From Octopus sinensis (lineage: Eukaryota): a stretch of 64,000 nt of DNA. The notes beneath the pieces were generated by a model. It ran no database searches. It was given only the letters and a program-made list of their open reading frames with translations, and was not told the origin of the DNA. Each line of letters opens with the position of its first letter. The stretch's first letter is position 1. The position numbers and the translations under genes were made by a program. Below, piece by piece: positions 26,569 through 41,332 of this stretch. The DNA lies in the NCBI RefSeq assembly GCF_006345805.1, contig NC_043013.1, positions 21,328,001 to 21,392,000 of the forward strand, given 5' to 3'.

Positions 26569-27069
26569 ACCTTTTTTTTTCTTCTTTCAAATTTGCTTCC
26601 ATTTCTTGCCGAGTGTCTTCCCGACTCCTAGGGCAAAGAAGCTCATAGTATACATTGGTAGGCCATTAAACCAAACTCAATAGTTCGTTCATTTAAAAAA
26701 TTTTTTTTTTTTTTTAAGTTAAATTAAAATACATGAGCAGCAACAGTTCTCACATTGACAATGCTCTTCTCAATACGTGTGATGTACCAGTTAAGACAAT
26801 CTTTTGCACTTCCTGCAGGGATGGTAAGCCAGGGATCATTCTCATATAATTTTCGGTTCCCTTCTTGATCATTCCTGGTTCTCCTACGATCACTGGTATT
26901 GTAACCGCCTTGAGATGCCACATTTTCTCAATTTCAATAAGTAGGTCTTTATATTTTCTGAGCTTGTCAAGCTCTTTCGCCGAGATATTATGATCACAGG
27001 GGATGCTCATGTCGATCAATAAGCAAACTTTATTGTTTTGGTCTTTCACAACAATATCTTTCACAACAA

Positions 27070-27071
<2 letters not shown>
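26569..27071 (-). mobile_element. 5'-truncated RLE-type non-LTR retrotransposon (R4/Dong-like): endonuclease domain and 3' UTR
   Basis: KDIVVKDQNNKVCLLIDMSIPCDHNISAKELDKLRKYKDLLIEIEKMW...VQKIVLTGTSHVLRRAL is a PD-(D/E)xK RLE domain; both ends abut (TAA)n. Confidence 0.85.
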
Positions 27072-27102
<31 letters not shown>

Positions 27103-27103
<1 letters not shown>

Positions 27104-27416
27104 GGCGCATGGCTCAGTGGTTAGAGCGTCGAGCTTACGATCGTGAGGTTGTGAGCTCGAATCCCGGACCGGGCTGCGTGTTGTGTTCTTGAGCAAGGCA
27201 CTTTATTTCACGTTGCTCCAGTTCAATCAGCTGTAGAAATGAGTTGCGACGTCACTGGTGCCAAGCTGTATAACACTGGTGGCGTGGAGAGGGGAGGCTG
27301 GTATGCATGGGCGACTGCTGGTCTTCCATAAACAACCTTGCCCGGACTTGTGTCTAGGAGGGTAACTTTCTAGGTGCAATCCCATGGTCATTCATGACCG
27401 AAGGGGGTCTTTACCC

Positions 27417-27420
<4 letters not shown>
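27103..27420 (+). mobile_element. tRNA-derived SINE family D, with (TTA)n on both sides
   Basis: A box TGGCTCAGTGG, B box GCTCGAATCCC, CTTGAGCAAGGCACTT core; homologous to the copy at 41333. Confidence 0.9.
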
Positions 27421-27483
<63 letters not shown>

Positions 27484-28174
27484 GTGTTGTTGTTGTATCA
27501 AATTCACAGGCACTTCAGGTTTCAACTAACGGTTTATTCAGTCAGTGGCCGATGAAGCTGGTACCGTGTTTTCCGCCACTTCAGTCAACGTAACATAAAG
27601 TGTAAATATGTAGTTGCACATTTAAGCATCGTCACAATCTTTCCAAATTCTGCTGCTACATTTTACAAGGAACCTTTTGGTCCTTCAAACACATCGCAGT
27701 GTATTAGTTGACCTACCTTTTTGGCTGCAAACTTTGGTCTGCAAAATTCAACTCGTATACTGGAAATACGGTCAGCGTATTGAAGTCTTAGTCAATGCAA
27801 GCTTTACAGTAAAGAATGTCTACTCTTGGTATTGAGACACTACATTAGTAAATATTTCTTTTTTATTCTTAAGCTAGCGTTAATGTAATAACTTCAGTTC
27901 AACATATATTATATTATTATGTATTGGCATATGTATAAAGTATACATAATATGATATATTTCGTTAAAGACATTTTCTCGCTAAACTAAACTGTATATTC
28001 ATAACATATATGCAAAAGATTCTGGTATTTCATGCTGCGTTAGAAAATAGCATGAAGCTCACATTTTTACAAATAGATATTAGTAAGGATTTGTTATTTT
28101 CTCTCGATAGTTGAAGACAGGAATTTTTTTTTTCAAATATGTATTCAGTATTCGTGGAAATAGCTACAACAATA

Positions 28175-29073
28175 CGAGGTCTGATCAATAAGTATCTGGA
28201 CTGTCGCCATAGTAACGAAGCTTCTATGGCACGTAGAGCAAAGCTGCTTGGCACAGATTGACCTTGACCTCTGCTGTGCCTGTGTACTAAGTTTTAACGT
28301 TCTAACTTACTTCCGCTTCCTACAGCAGTGCTTCGAAGTAACGTATGTAACGTGTGATCGTCACATTGACCATGACAGAGAAAGGTGTCATGGCGATACC
28401 TGCTGAGAGGCCAACACAAAGTTGCAGAAAGTGTATGGAGAGGAGTGTATGAGCCGCACACAAGTGTACGAGTGGTTCAGACGTTTCCACGATGGCCGAG
28501 AAAATGTCGATATTGACGAACTTTCTAGGAAACCTGCAACCTACAGAACTCAGAAAAACATTTCGGATATGCTTGCAGCTGTGGGGGGAAATCGTAGAAT
28601 CACCATATGTGAGTAATCAAAGGTTGTGCAGATTAATTGCAGTTCAGTTCAGTCCACTATCACTGAAGATTTGGGTATGAGACGCGTCTCTGCCAAGCTT
28701 GTGCCAAAACTGCTTTCAGCTGACCAAAAAAGATACTCGGGTTTCAGATGCACAAGATCTCTTTGATTGAGTTGAGAACAATGAAATCTTTTTGAAAACT
28801 TTGCGTAGGCCTCTGAGCAGGTATCGCCAAGCTTTTGGCAAAATTTGATGCAGATTCTCTGCTGAACTTTCTCTGTCATGGTCAATGCGACGAACACACG
28901 CTACACACGTTACTTCTAAGCACTTCTGTAAAAAGAGGAAGTGAGCTAGAACTTTAAAATTTATTGCACAAGCAGAGCAGAGTTTAAGGTCAAGCTGTGC
29001 TAAGCGCTTTTAATCTGCGTGCTTTAGCTTCGTTACTATGGCTACAGCCTGGATACTTATTGATCAGACCATG
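28175..29073. mobile_element. Mariner-derived MITE formed from two inverted 5' ends
   Basis: TA|CGAGGTCTGATCAATAAGTATC ... GATACTTATTGATCAGACCATG|TA. The + arm encodes an N-terminal transposase (CMSRTQVYEWFRRFHDGRENV); the - arm encodes MTEKVQQRICIKFCQKLGDTCSEAY; junction at ~28797. Confidence 0.85.
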
Positions 29074-29159
29074 TATACATACATAGAGTGGGAGTAGCAT
29101 ATCGTTGTCTTCTCCGAGTTTTTGTGTCTAGAGTACAAAAGATTATTTTCCTATACTTG

Positions 29160-29400
29160 AATACATACATACATACATGCATGCATGCATACATACATAC
29201 ATACATACATACATACATACATACATACATACATCGTTACATACATACATACACACATACATATATACATACATACATACATACATACATACATTAAATA
29301 CATACATACATACATACATACATTAAATACATACATACATACATACATATATACATACATACATACATACATACATACATAAGATAGGCATTTTAGAAAA
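29160..29400. repeat. (ATAC)n microsatellite
   Basis: Direct reading. Confidence 0.95.
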
Positions 29401-30130
29401 AGTAATCAACCAACTAACCCGTACATTGCAAATACAATCTGTAAATGGAACAGTAAAACTCTGCAAGACTTTTCACAAATTTAAAATGTGTCATTATTTT
29501 TTTTTTTTTTGTTATCTACATTCTAGCGAAGGAACTTTGTATCTTTGTTGGAAATCAGTTCCTTCCTCAGAGGAGGAGTTTAAATAATTAAAAACGGAAG
29601 AGAGCACACGTAAATATATGCATGTGCTCTTATGTTTTCAGACTTCACTGTTACTCGATGGTAAACCGTGGTAACGTTGCGTTTGACTTCTAACGAAACC
29701 AGTCTCTAAGATAAAGCAAACAAAGTTATCGTCATAACAGTAATTTACTATTTATTATCTTTTAAAATATGGCTTTCTGAAAGTTCTATTTACACTGAAC
29801 AGTTTATCAGAAAATTAAGACCTTTTCCAGAGTCTTTTAACTAAAAGATTACCAGTTTAACGGCGGTTTCCTCAAAATTAATATTTCGCTCAAAATTGAT
29901 ATGAAAGCCAATGTGAAGTTGCGATCGATAAATGGTAAAATATGGAGACCATTCTAAAGCTCGCCGGATGTGACGGTCGTTAATATCTCTGAAATATTTC
30001 GATAGATTTTCAAAAGATCCATGGCTTCCAGTAGAGAAACTTAGTTTTGATATCAATAAAAGAAGACACGTGCCCCACAATTATCCCCTATTCTCCATTA
30101 TTTCATACAAGATTATATGAAACTCACACA

Positions 30131-30205
<75 letters not shown>

Positions 30206-31211
30206 TCTGAGAAACCAATGGGCATATTGAAGCCTACACAAACCCACTCAACGCACACATAAATGTTATTACGTATATTTTCTGTTGAATATCAAAGTTT
30301 ACTATTCTACTTCATCTTATCTTTTTGTGGTGAGAAATATCAGAAAGAAGCTTTGCTTTCAAGGAATCGAGATAGCTAGCCATATTCCTTAGGTGTACAT
30401 GAGTGAGCTTTCCGCCAAATAAAAAAAACCACTGTCTATCAAATCATCTCGAATTTAGAAGCAATAATATAATCCTGTCACTCTCGTCGATTGCTCAAAG
30501 ATACTGAACTTTGCTTCCAATAAAAGCCATAATCCTAGAAAAGCCAACATTCCTTGCCTAAAATAAAGAATATTCTAACAGTTTCTTCCACAACGTTGGT
30601 GTTGTTCTTTTTCCTTTCCAAGACTAGATTCAGTGAAAACGCCGTCTGTTTCTTCACTGTCTGTCCATTTTGATGAAGACTCGACTTAACTACTTACGTC
30701 ATTTCTTTTTGTGGTTGACATAAAATGAAACAGACGTTCTCTTATTGTCAACTGAAATTAAAAAGACTAATGCCACCTCCTTCGTCCTTATCACTGCAAA
30801 AAGAACATTCTTTCTGCTTTATTTCGTTTACTTTACCTTATAGAATTATTTATTTATGTTCGGTAATTTCGAGCAGCGGTAACGACACATGTCGGAATGC
30901 ATGTATTGCAGATACAGTCTGAAGCCATTTAATTAAGCAGAAGATCAATCACAGAGACATGCCAGTGGGTCTCGGGGAAATAATTACATTTGACATGCAC
31001 ACAGCTGCTTATGGGTAAAACTGTTTATACGTTTATATAAAAACATAAACATAAATATGTATATATGTAAGTATACATACATGTATACACACATATGTGT
31101 GTGTGCGTATGTGTATGTGTGTGAGAGTGTGTGTGTGTGTGTGCGTGTGTACGTATGTATGTGTGTGTGTATTCACTTACAAACCTATATGCACACAAAT
31201 ACATTTACTTT

Positions 31212-31350
31212 TGTAGTCTTTTGTTTCAGTCGATAGACAGCAGCTCAACCGGGGCACGGCATTAAAGGGTTTAGTCGATCAAATCGATCCCATTGCTTAT
31301 TTTATTACCCTAATCGAGCCAACACCAGTTGTCAACCGGTGTGGAAACAC
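31212..31350 (-). mobile_element. Diverged SINE B 3' module fragment
   Basis: TTGTTTCAGTC...TTTAGTCGATCAAATCGATCCC...GTTGTCAACCGG. Confidence 0.5.
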
Positions 31351-31519
31351 ATACAAACACACACACACAAACACAATATATATGTATGCGCGTGCGTGCG
31401 TGTGTGCATTATGTACGTCATATTATTAATTATTTGAAATCTTCTTGTAAGGAAGGGTGTGGTTTCTTACAAAGATACAAAGCTCCATCCATGCAACATA
31501 GAAAACAAAAACGAATCCA

Positions 31520-33005
31520 CAAGCAACATCGAATGTTATCCTTTTGCTGACGACGGCGAATTACAGACACATTACAAGTTGTCTCCTTTCTTTTACTCGG
31601 CCAAGGAACAACTTTAACTAAACCTAAATATTTTCTCAATATCATATTTACCTATTGTTTCCGGCACCATAGCTATAGATATTAACACAGAAGATTTTCA
31701 GTTTTGTCTTCATGATTTGCAAACTACTGCATTCTGAACATGATGAAAGTCTTGCACAAAGCTACTCTTCCGCTTGCAGACTGTATTTGTAAAGTGGGAA
31801 CAATTTGGATGATGTCTTCTTCTGAAAACCTCAGTTCATCCAGATTGTAAATATTTCTTCACAAAATCAAGTGCACCATTATTAATGGTTAAAACGTGAC
31901 TTTATAAACTGGATATAGAAGCTGAAGGGTTCGAAGCTGTTGTCCATATTTATCCTCTCTCTAATTTTCTAAAAAAACATTAATATCAACAGGGCAGCTG
32001 CCATCAATGACAATGCCTACTTTTTCTTGTCTGTCCAAACAACAATATCCTGCCTGTTATAATTGTGTTTGGTAAAAGTGTTTGTGGTAACGTTTAGCCA
32101 TTATTTCTTACGTTGGTGTTTATGTATGTGTTCAATAACAAGCATTCTCTGTAGCTATTTCAGAACAATCTTTTCCGGTTTGCCACTGTATATTGAATTT
32201 GCAACAACGTCATGTTGCATTAGGAGGTGGTAACTTGATGGTGTTTTTAAACATTATGTCGCCCACATAAATGTCATTTAATTTACACTTTCGATTTCAT
32301 CATGGAGCTCCAAGAATTTCACTGTCTCTTTTATTTATTATGCATTTTGTAGCAATCCCCTAGTTTTGGATAGCAAATACAGTCTTCGAAGTGTGAATCC
32401 AAAATAGTCTAAGCGTAGCTGCACTTCATGCAGATGTTATTGTCCTCGTCAATCTTCGGGAAAGATACCCAAGAATAGCCTTTTTTCTTTTTCTTTTTTA
32501 AGATGCTGAGCCTTTCACAACTTGGTCTTCTGTGAGGTATGTTGTTCCAGCTGTTTTGAGGTTGTATGGGAAGAGGATATTTTCTGAGGAGCTCACTGCT
32601 GACAGGTAGGACGCTGTTCTCTTTGCTTTTCAACTCGAGATTTATGTATATATTTTCGCAGATGCTGTTTAAGAGATACTATACGACATACAAAAACTCT
32701 CCTCACTGACTTCTAGCCTCTGTCTCCTTCATCATTTTTTAGGGAGAGTTTGTGGATGTCACTGTTTCTGTGGAAGTCTCCGGTTGATAACAAGATTTTG
32801 CAAGTTTTAGTGTCTAGGGAGCATTTCAAATTTTGGTATCGGCCTTGATACTGCAAAGCACTGTGGGATATTGTCTCGTTCTAACAGAAGAATTCCGACG
32901 GCTATATTTTTCTAAGTCTGATATAATATTTTCGGGTCACTCTAGTTTTATTCACAGCATCTTCATGTGAGATGTTTTCATCAATGCCTAAATATTCATA
33001 GCATT
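31520..33005 (-). mobile_element. Degraded RLE-type non-LTR retrotransposon (CRE/R4/NeSL-type): RT C-terminus, RLE and 3' UTR
   Basis: Manual translation gives YEYLGIDENIS, DTKTCKILLSTGDFHRNSDI, QHDVVANSIY, KHNYNRQDIVVW, IDGSCPVDIN and YGQQLRTLQLLYP. Confidence 0.85.
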
Positions 33006-33024
33006 CTTATTAATAGTATTACGC

Positions 33025-33160
33025 CCTGGGTTTAAATTCTGCCTTTCATCCTTTCGGGAACGATAAAATAAGTACCACTTGAGTACGGGGCCTATTGTAA
33101 TCGACTAACTCTCTCCCTCAAAATATTTCAGATTTTGTGTCTATTGTAGAAATAAATATT
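33025..33160 (+). mobile_element. SINE C2 partial
   Basis: GCCTTTCATCCTTTCGGGAACGATAAAATAAGTACC core. Confidence 0.65.
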
Positions 33161-33199
33161 TGTCGTAAGAAACGTTAAGATCACAACTTTATGAGGAGT

Positions 33200-33612
33200 G
33201 GCGCAGGAGTGGCTGTGTGGTAAGTAGCTTGTTTACCAACCACATGGTTCCGGGTTCAGTACCACTGCCTGGCACCTGGGGCAGGTGTCTTCTACTATAG
33301 CCTCGGGCCGACCAAAGCCTTGTGAGTGGATTTGGTAGACGGAAACTGAAAGAAGCCCGTCGTATATATGTATAAATATATATATATATATGTGTGTGTT
33401 TGTGTGAGTGTGTTTGTCCCCCTAGCATTGCTTGACAACCGATGCTGGTGTGTTTATGTCCCCGTTACTTAGCGGTTCGGCAAAAGGGACCGATAGAATA
33501 AGTACTGGGCTTACAAAAGAATAAGTCCCGGGGTCGAGTTGCTCGATTAAAGGCGGTGCTCCAGCATGGCCGCAGTCAAATGACTGAAACAAGTAAAAGA
33601 GTAAAGAGAGAG
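33200..33612 (+). mobile_element. SINE B, full length
   Basis: Complete head, internal microsatellite and 3' module. Confidence 0.93.
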
Positions 33613-33614
33613 TA

Positions 33615-34930
<1,316 letters not shown>

Positions 34931-35607
34931 CTTCACAATCATTCAATGTGTGCAAACAGCTTTTGGACTAACCAAAATATGTGTGTGTGTGTGTATGTAT
35001 TCATATGTGTGTATGCATACCAAGGCATCTTTTTGTTGCAAGATAATCATTACTTTCAATTAAGAAAAAATTATATCTTTATATGAGAGGATAGTATATT
35101 TCAACCGCCATCATGCCATATGCTCTTTGACTCTACGGAACATCTAATTAACTGTTTCTTTCATATGCTTCAGACTGTAAAATCGGAGACCAATTGGAAG
35201 AAAATTGGGTGCAAATCATTTTTCTACTTAATCTTCCATCTGGAAATCATATTAGTCTGAGAGAAAAACAATTTCTGAGATGAAAAAAAATAAATACGAA
35301 AATTTGGTGATAAAACCGTCAGTCTTAAAGAAATTCATGCAACTGTAATTATTGGTCTGGTCTCCATATTGCCGTTTAGAGCATTGCAATTATTCCAGGC
35401 ATTACTTTAAGTATGACATGAAAGACAGGGGTGGGTTGGAAATTCTTCGTTGAAAAAAAACAAAATTTTAAGCGGTGGTGTATGTTTTAAGGTAACTAAA
35501 TAAACACGTGGCTTCATAATCAATATTTAATCATCAATTTGATTTTTAAAATCAATACAATGAACTGTTTCTGAAATACTTGAATGATTTATTGTTTTCT
35601 AGTTATA

Positions 35608-35995
35608 GGTGCAATCGAGGCTGTGTGGTAAGAAGCTTGCTTTCTAATCACATGGTTCTGGGTTCAGTCCCACTGCGTGGCCATCATTTGCAAGTCTTTT
35701 CTACTATAGCATCGGGTCGATTAAAGCCTTGTGAATGGATTTGATAGACGGAAACTGGAAGGAGCCCGTTGTGTGCGTGTGTGTGTGTTTGTCCCCCACT
35801 ATCGCTTGACAACCGGTGTTAGTGTGTTTACGGCCCAGTAACTTAGCAGTTCTGAAAAAGGGATCCGATAAAATAAGTACCAGGCTTAGCAAAAATACCG
35901 TTAAATACTAGGGTCGATGCATTCGACTAAAATTCTTCAACGCAATGTCCCAGCATGTTTGCAGTCTTATAACTGGAACAAGTACAATATAAGAT
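35608..35995 (+). mobile_element. SINE B, diverged
   Basis: Head, GGATTTGATAGACGGAAACT and the 3' module are recognisable. Confidence 0.8.
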
Positions 35996-36287
35996 ATAAA
36001 GGGAATACCTGTTCTTTTTCCATTGCAATTTCTGCAATCCTGAACACTATGAATCGTCTTTTTTTTATTTTCTGTTTTTCGGTAATGCCGTTTCTACTTG
36101 ATCCTGCCGAGTCTTCAATAACGAGATTATTTCTGAAACTTTGGGTTCAAAATGGCGTATTACTTGGTTTACACTTCTATATTAACTACTCTAATTTGAT
36201 ACGAGAACCTGACACAAAGGTTGTTTTTTTTTCTATTGTTCATGTATATGCATATGTATTTATATATGTGCGTATGTGCGTGCATGA

Positions 36288-36490
36288 GTAAGCTAGTGTC
36301 AGCAAGCGATATCGAATGGTATACTTCCACTGACGATGTCTACTAACAGAAACCTTAGGAGATGTCTCCTCTCTTTGCTCGGCCAAAGAATAACTTTAAC
36401 TAAACCTTAATATTTTCTTAATCACCACGTTTACCTAATTGTGCTTGTTTCTGGCACCATAGCTATAGAAATGATCACAGAAGATTTTCA
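36288..36490 (-). mobile_element. 3' UTR-only fragment of the RLE-LINE family at 31520-33005
   Basis: GTCTCCT...CTCGGCCAA...TTTAACTAAACC...CACCATAGCTATAGA...CAGAAGATTTTCA is shared with 31545-31700. Confidence 0.65.
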
Positions 36491-37354
36491 CTTTTTCTTC
36501 TTGGAGCATGATTCGTAAATTACTACTCTGTCTGTTACGGTATTTCCCATGAAGTAATCACATGCATAGGTATAGTTATCGTTGAAATACCTGGCTGTAA
36601 TCTGTTTGTTGTTGCGTGAAATGAAACAGAATACAGAGGACATTTTATATTTTTTTCTTGTTTTGTTTGAACATCTGTATACTGTCAAAGGATTTTGCTG
36701 TTTTGTGTTTGAAAATAATATCTACACAGGTGAATTTTATCTCCTACATGATTGTTGTATTGTAAAAAAAAATAATAAATAAGCTAAAAACCAAGCAATC
36801 TGCAAAAAATGGTCGACCACAAATGTAAACGTATTTGTCTTTTATGACTCAATTAGCGCTGTCTGTGCACCACATAAATGAAAGCAGTCTTTAATTGCTT
36901 TTACTGGCGCATGCGCATGACAAACGCTAAGACGAGTTATAGAGTATACAAAGATGGAAAAAAATTAAGATGAACAAAACTGAAACCTTGCTTTTAATCG
37001 TAGCCAGTCAGAAATTTGGTTTCTGTCAGTTTAGCAAATGATTGGAGACAGCTCATACGTTTTGTAATTCTTTTAACTATTCTCCCTGTCATACATTATT
37101 ACAGCAGAGAATACAACGTTTACACACAGACAATATGATGTATATACAGAGGGAGAATACATAATATATACACACAATATATGACGTATAAATACAGACT
37201 ATATAATATATACGCACGTGCCGATAAGATTGTAGGGGGCATATGCATGCATATACGTACATTCAGATATATGCACACATATACACGCGCACTCACATAG
37301 ACACATGCACTTATATGCATGTCCATATACTGTTATACTCACACACACACAAAC

Positions 37355-37408
<54 letters not shown>

Positions 37409-37566
37409 TAGTATATTCACATAAATACACACATACGCACACATATATACATAAGTATATCCATGCATTGGCAATATATATACACACGCATATATATATG
37501 TAAATCTATAGTTCGGGCCGACTAAGCCTTGAGAGCGATTTGATAGACTAAAATGAAAGAAGCGCG

Positions 37567-37610
<44 letters not shown>

Positions 37611-37994
37611 ATAGTATATAATAATATAAATATATATATAAGATAAATTTTTTCGAAATAAAAATTTTATCAATGGCCAGCATATTAAAAAACTACCCTT
37701 AAGCTTAAATTTATAAACAAAGGCAAAAGAAAATATTTCTAATGCCAAATATGCCGAAATAGACTTAATCGTCAATAACCATATAATTTATCACTAGGTG
37801 ACTCCGCAGTGTGAATGTATGCTATTGGACGTATTTCATGGTCGTTTCATCAGCCGTCCACTTCCGTGCTGGCTTAGGACATTTTGGAAGGGAGTATTAA
37901 GTTTGGAGCTTACTTTCTCTTAGATTGATTGCTTTCTTTGCAGATAAGGAGCTCAGTCTACCCTTACAAAAATATACTTGATCCTATAGACGGG

Positions 37995-38112
37995 AGCATG
38001 AAAGAGACTACCGTTTCGGGTCAGATGGAACCTGGGGTAATGATAATGAAGATAACTCCACGATCCCCACAACTCCCAAGCACCGCAACACTGGATGCAA
38101 TTTAATGCCATA
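37995..38112 (+). mobile_element. Dispersed repeat family E fragment
   Basis: ACTACCGTTTCGGGTCAGATGGAACCTGGGG...AATGA is homologous to 62535-62680 (-). Confidence 0.5.
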
Positions 38113-38144
38113 TGTGAGTGTGTATGTGTGTGTTGTGTGTGTGT

Positions 38145-38310
38145 GTGTACATGTACACGGGTATGTGGATGAAATTTGAACTAGCAGCCGAGTGAACTGG
38201 AGCACCGTGAAATAAAATGTGTCGTCAAGCATAAAGCACCGCCAGGTGTCGAACTCAAAAGTTGACGATCTTGAACCGAATACCCTGACCACTTATACAT
38301 GCGCCCTCAC
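38145..38310 (-). mobile_element. Diverged SINE D-related copy
   Basis: Reverse complement carries GAGTTCGACACC (B box) and TTTCACGGTGCTCCAGTTCACTCGGCTG. Confidence 0.6.
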
Positions 38311-38701
38311 AAGGTTTGTGGATGAAGACAGAAAGACAATGCGCGCGTGTACATACAAACGCTCGAATATGCATTCATGACCAATATCCATCTCAGAATA
38401 TCGGTTTTTCTCTCATTCTGTTATTCTAAATTCAATTCGTAATATTTGTTTTGGTTTCAGTTGATATTTCCCTCGCGAAATGTCAATTGTTTCTTAAATC
38501 AGAGTCAAGTACATGTTTAATCACTGCTGCGATTGGCCCTAGGAACGATTAGATCCCGTAAAGAATTTATTGAATGTTTTGTTTAAACCCTAAGTCACAA
38601 CAGTCACCTGGGAACCCGTGTTGAAAAGAAAGAAACGATAGCGATTGAAATAAATAGAAAAAATTCTTGGCTTCAGAAAGTAAACGACCATAAATATACT
38701 T

Positions 38702-38735
<34 letters not shown>

Positions 38736-38800
38736 GTTTCGGTTCTTTTGCCAACAACCACACACACACACAGACACACACACACACACACACACACACA

Positions 38801-39000
38801 TCTATTATATAAAATCCGTTCTGTCTGTCTGTGTGTGTGTCTTCTAGGATCTCGGGCATCCTCCATCCGATTGTGCTCAAATTTGATATGTAGATACCGA
38901 CGGTATCAGTGGGTGTATAAGTCTTGACAAAAATTACAAAAATTGATTCCAGGTGAGAATACGATTGATAAAGCCGTGGGAGATCGTTTTTCTTTGGAAT
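38801..39000 (+). mobile_element. Probable non-autonomous Helitron 5' portion
   Basis: A|TCTATTATATAAAA followed by (TCTG)n, as at 63183; no 3' hairpin/CTAG found, right boundary uncertain. Confidence 0.5.
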
Positions 39001-39164
39001 AGAAAAAAGCCTTTGCTGGTGTCTCAAATTTAGGTTAAATCAGTGTTTCTCAAAGGTGGGCCTATGGGATGCGGACAGTTGTTTTGAGAAAATATGGTTT
39101 AAATGTCTGACAACTCAGCACCGTTCATTGGACAGGGGCGTTTGCTTGTATGTATATATATAAT

Positions 39165-39210
<46 letters not shown>

Positions 39211-39228
39211 ATATAATATATATATATT

Positions 39229-39328
39229 NNNNNNNNNNNNNNNNNNNNNNNNNNNNNNNNNNNNNNNNNNNNNNNNNNNNNNNNNNNNNNNNNNNNNNNN
39301 NNNNNNNNNNNNNNNNNNNNNNNNNNNN
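39229..39328. other. Assembly gap (100 N)
   Basis: Exactly 100 N between (TA)n and (GAA)n; the flanks may not be contiguous. Confidence 0.99.
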
Positions 39329-39427
39329 GAAGAAGAGAAGAGGAAGAAGAAGAAGAGAAGAAGAAGAAGAGAAGAAGAAGAAGAAGAAGAAGAAGAAGAA
39401 GAAGAAGAAGAAGAAGAAGAAGAAGAA
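39329..39427. repeat. (GAA)n microsatellite
   Basis: Direct reading. Confidence 0.95.
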
Positions 39428-39801
39428 AACTACTACTATGAAATAAGATGACAGTGACAATTTCGATCGTTCATAATGGTAGAAGTGACGATGATGATGA
39501 CGACGACGTGGAGGAGGATATAACCTGCTGCTTCTACAAATCTGTTTTCCTTGATAAATTGCTATAAGGTGTTTAAGATGTTAGTGTTGAGTAAGATGTC
39601 TTCGGAATACATTTTTTTCTACTTCTTAGTCGGAAGCGGAAGGTCAGCACCCATGAGCTTCTTTAGTCCTGCCCCACCCTTGTATGATTGCAATAGACTG
39701 GAAACGATTAAAACCACTCAGGTGCTAGGTGAGGGTGCTAAACTGGACGCCATTTACTTATCAGCCGATGATATAGAACGATCCATTAACTAATCGATCT
39801 G

Positions 39802-39886
<85 letters not shown>

Positions 39887-41332
39887 ATTTTTGGAGGTAC
39901 AACAAGAGAAATAGAACTCAAAACGTGAAATGATAGCATGTATATTGTTTTCTATTATTTAGCTGTAAAGTCTTTCAAAGGAGAAGAATTTCGTGTTTAG
40001 ACTACTCAGACTTACGTTCCAAGAAAACTGCCGGTTCGTAATAAAATCTACATACATTGTAATACGGTCAACCGCGCCTGCCCGAGGTCTGTGCAAAGCG
40101 AAGAAGCTGTGCTACACGCGCTTCTACAGAGTTATGTTGAACAGCTACTACCACGTGTAGGACGCATCCGGTTATCAACCATCCCCACCGTGAAAATCGC
40201 CTGTCGTCTTCCTTTCTTTGTCTGGTGGCTATGACGAAAGAAGTTATATGCTGGACGCGACTGAACGGATTAAAGATAGATTCTTTCTTTTTCTTTTAAA
40301 GTTTCACTTGGAAAGGAAAGTAAGGTTGGAAAGTGAATTTGTCAAAAGGGGTAAATGTAGTGATAATGTCAGAGTGGCTGGATCTACTCTAAGCACGAAC
40401 CTGTCGACCGAAAAGGAGAGAGAAACACTTACCATAGTGTGCAGGGTAATTCGGATTCTGTGGAGTTGTTTTATCACTCCTGGGTGGAGTTTCCTTCTAT
40501 TGGGGAATTTTCTTGTTATAGATCTATTGTTACTTGTTATCTTGTATTGTTTATGCAAGTCTCTGAGTCCTTTGCCTTAGAATTTTCCTAAATGTTTTTT
40601 GCGACCCTTGTCAATAAAAAAGGATTACTACATCTACTACTACTACTACTACTACTACTACTATCATTATCACTACATTGTCTATAAAGCTAATTAAAAA
40701 TATAGTGATACTGTATGTCTACGACTCTAGAAAATATGATAAAATATTGGTAGTAAAACTTATTAATTTCTCACACTGGTAAAATTTGTTTTAGCATTCA
40801 ACTTTGCTGACCCATGCTTCACTAGAATATTCTGAAAAATAGCTTGAAATTTGATAGACGTGCTCAGAATAAATTTCCTGGGTGTTTATTGGTGTGAGAT
40901 ATCTTGGTGTATTCTATAATGTAGTCGAATATATTGCAAAGTATAGAATCATCCACTTGGCTTTTAACTCATCCGATCGTCGTTTCATATCCCACAATAT
41001 CTAATACTCTTCAGAGTGTCACAATGACCGCATATTCAAGATGTTATTCTAAAGTTATGTTTACGTACAGTTGAAGTTGGGACATAGCATCAATCTTTGC
41101 TCGAAGGCACCCTCTTTATTGTCACTATAGCAATGGTATTAATTTTTTAGCTACCTTCACTTAAAAATATAACATTTTTCTGTCAAGTAAGAACAATATT
41201 TTTTTAACGATAATCATAATGGAAAGACCGAGACTGAATAACTATCTTTCTGAATAATTTTCTATATCTGACCTAATATTTCTTTAGCATGGGTTCACCA
41301 TAAATTAATGAAATATAATTGCAGAGTGTTAC

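Noticed and set aside
36325-36365. CTGACGA-TGT..ACA-GAAAC hammerhead-like motif
   Set aside because: It is antisense within an RLE-LINE 3' UTR; the paralog at ~31547 lacks GAAA and helix II, and no valid helix I/III forms.
38728-38760. GGTT..AACC-GAAACGTT half-hammerhead on -
   Set aside because: CUGANGA is absent (replaced by (GT)n); could be chance.
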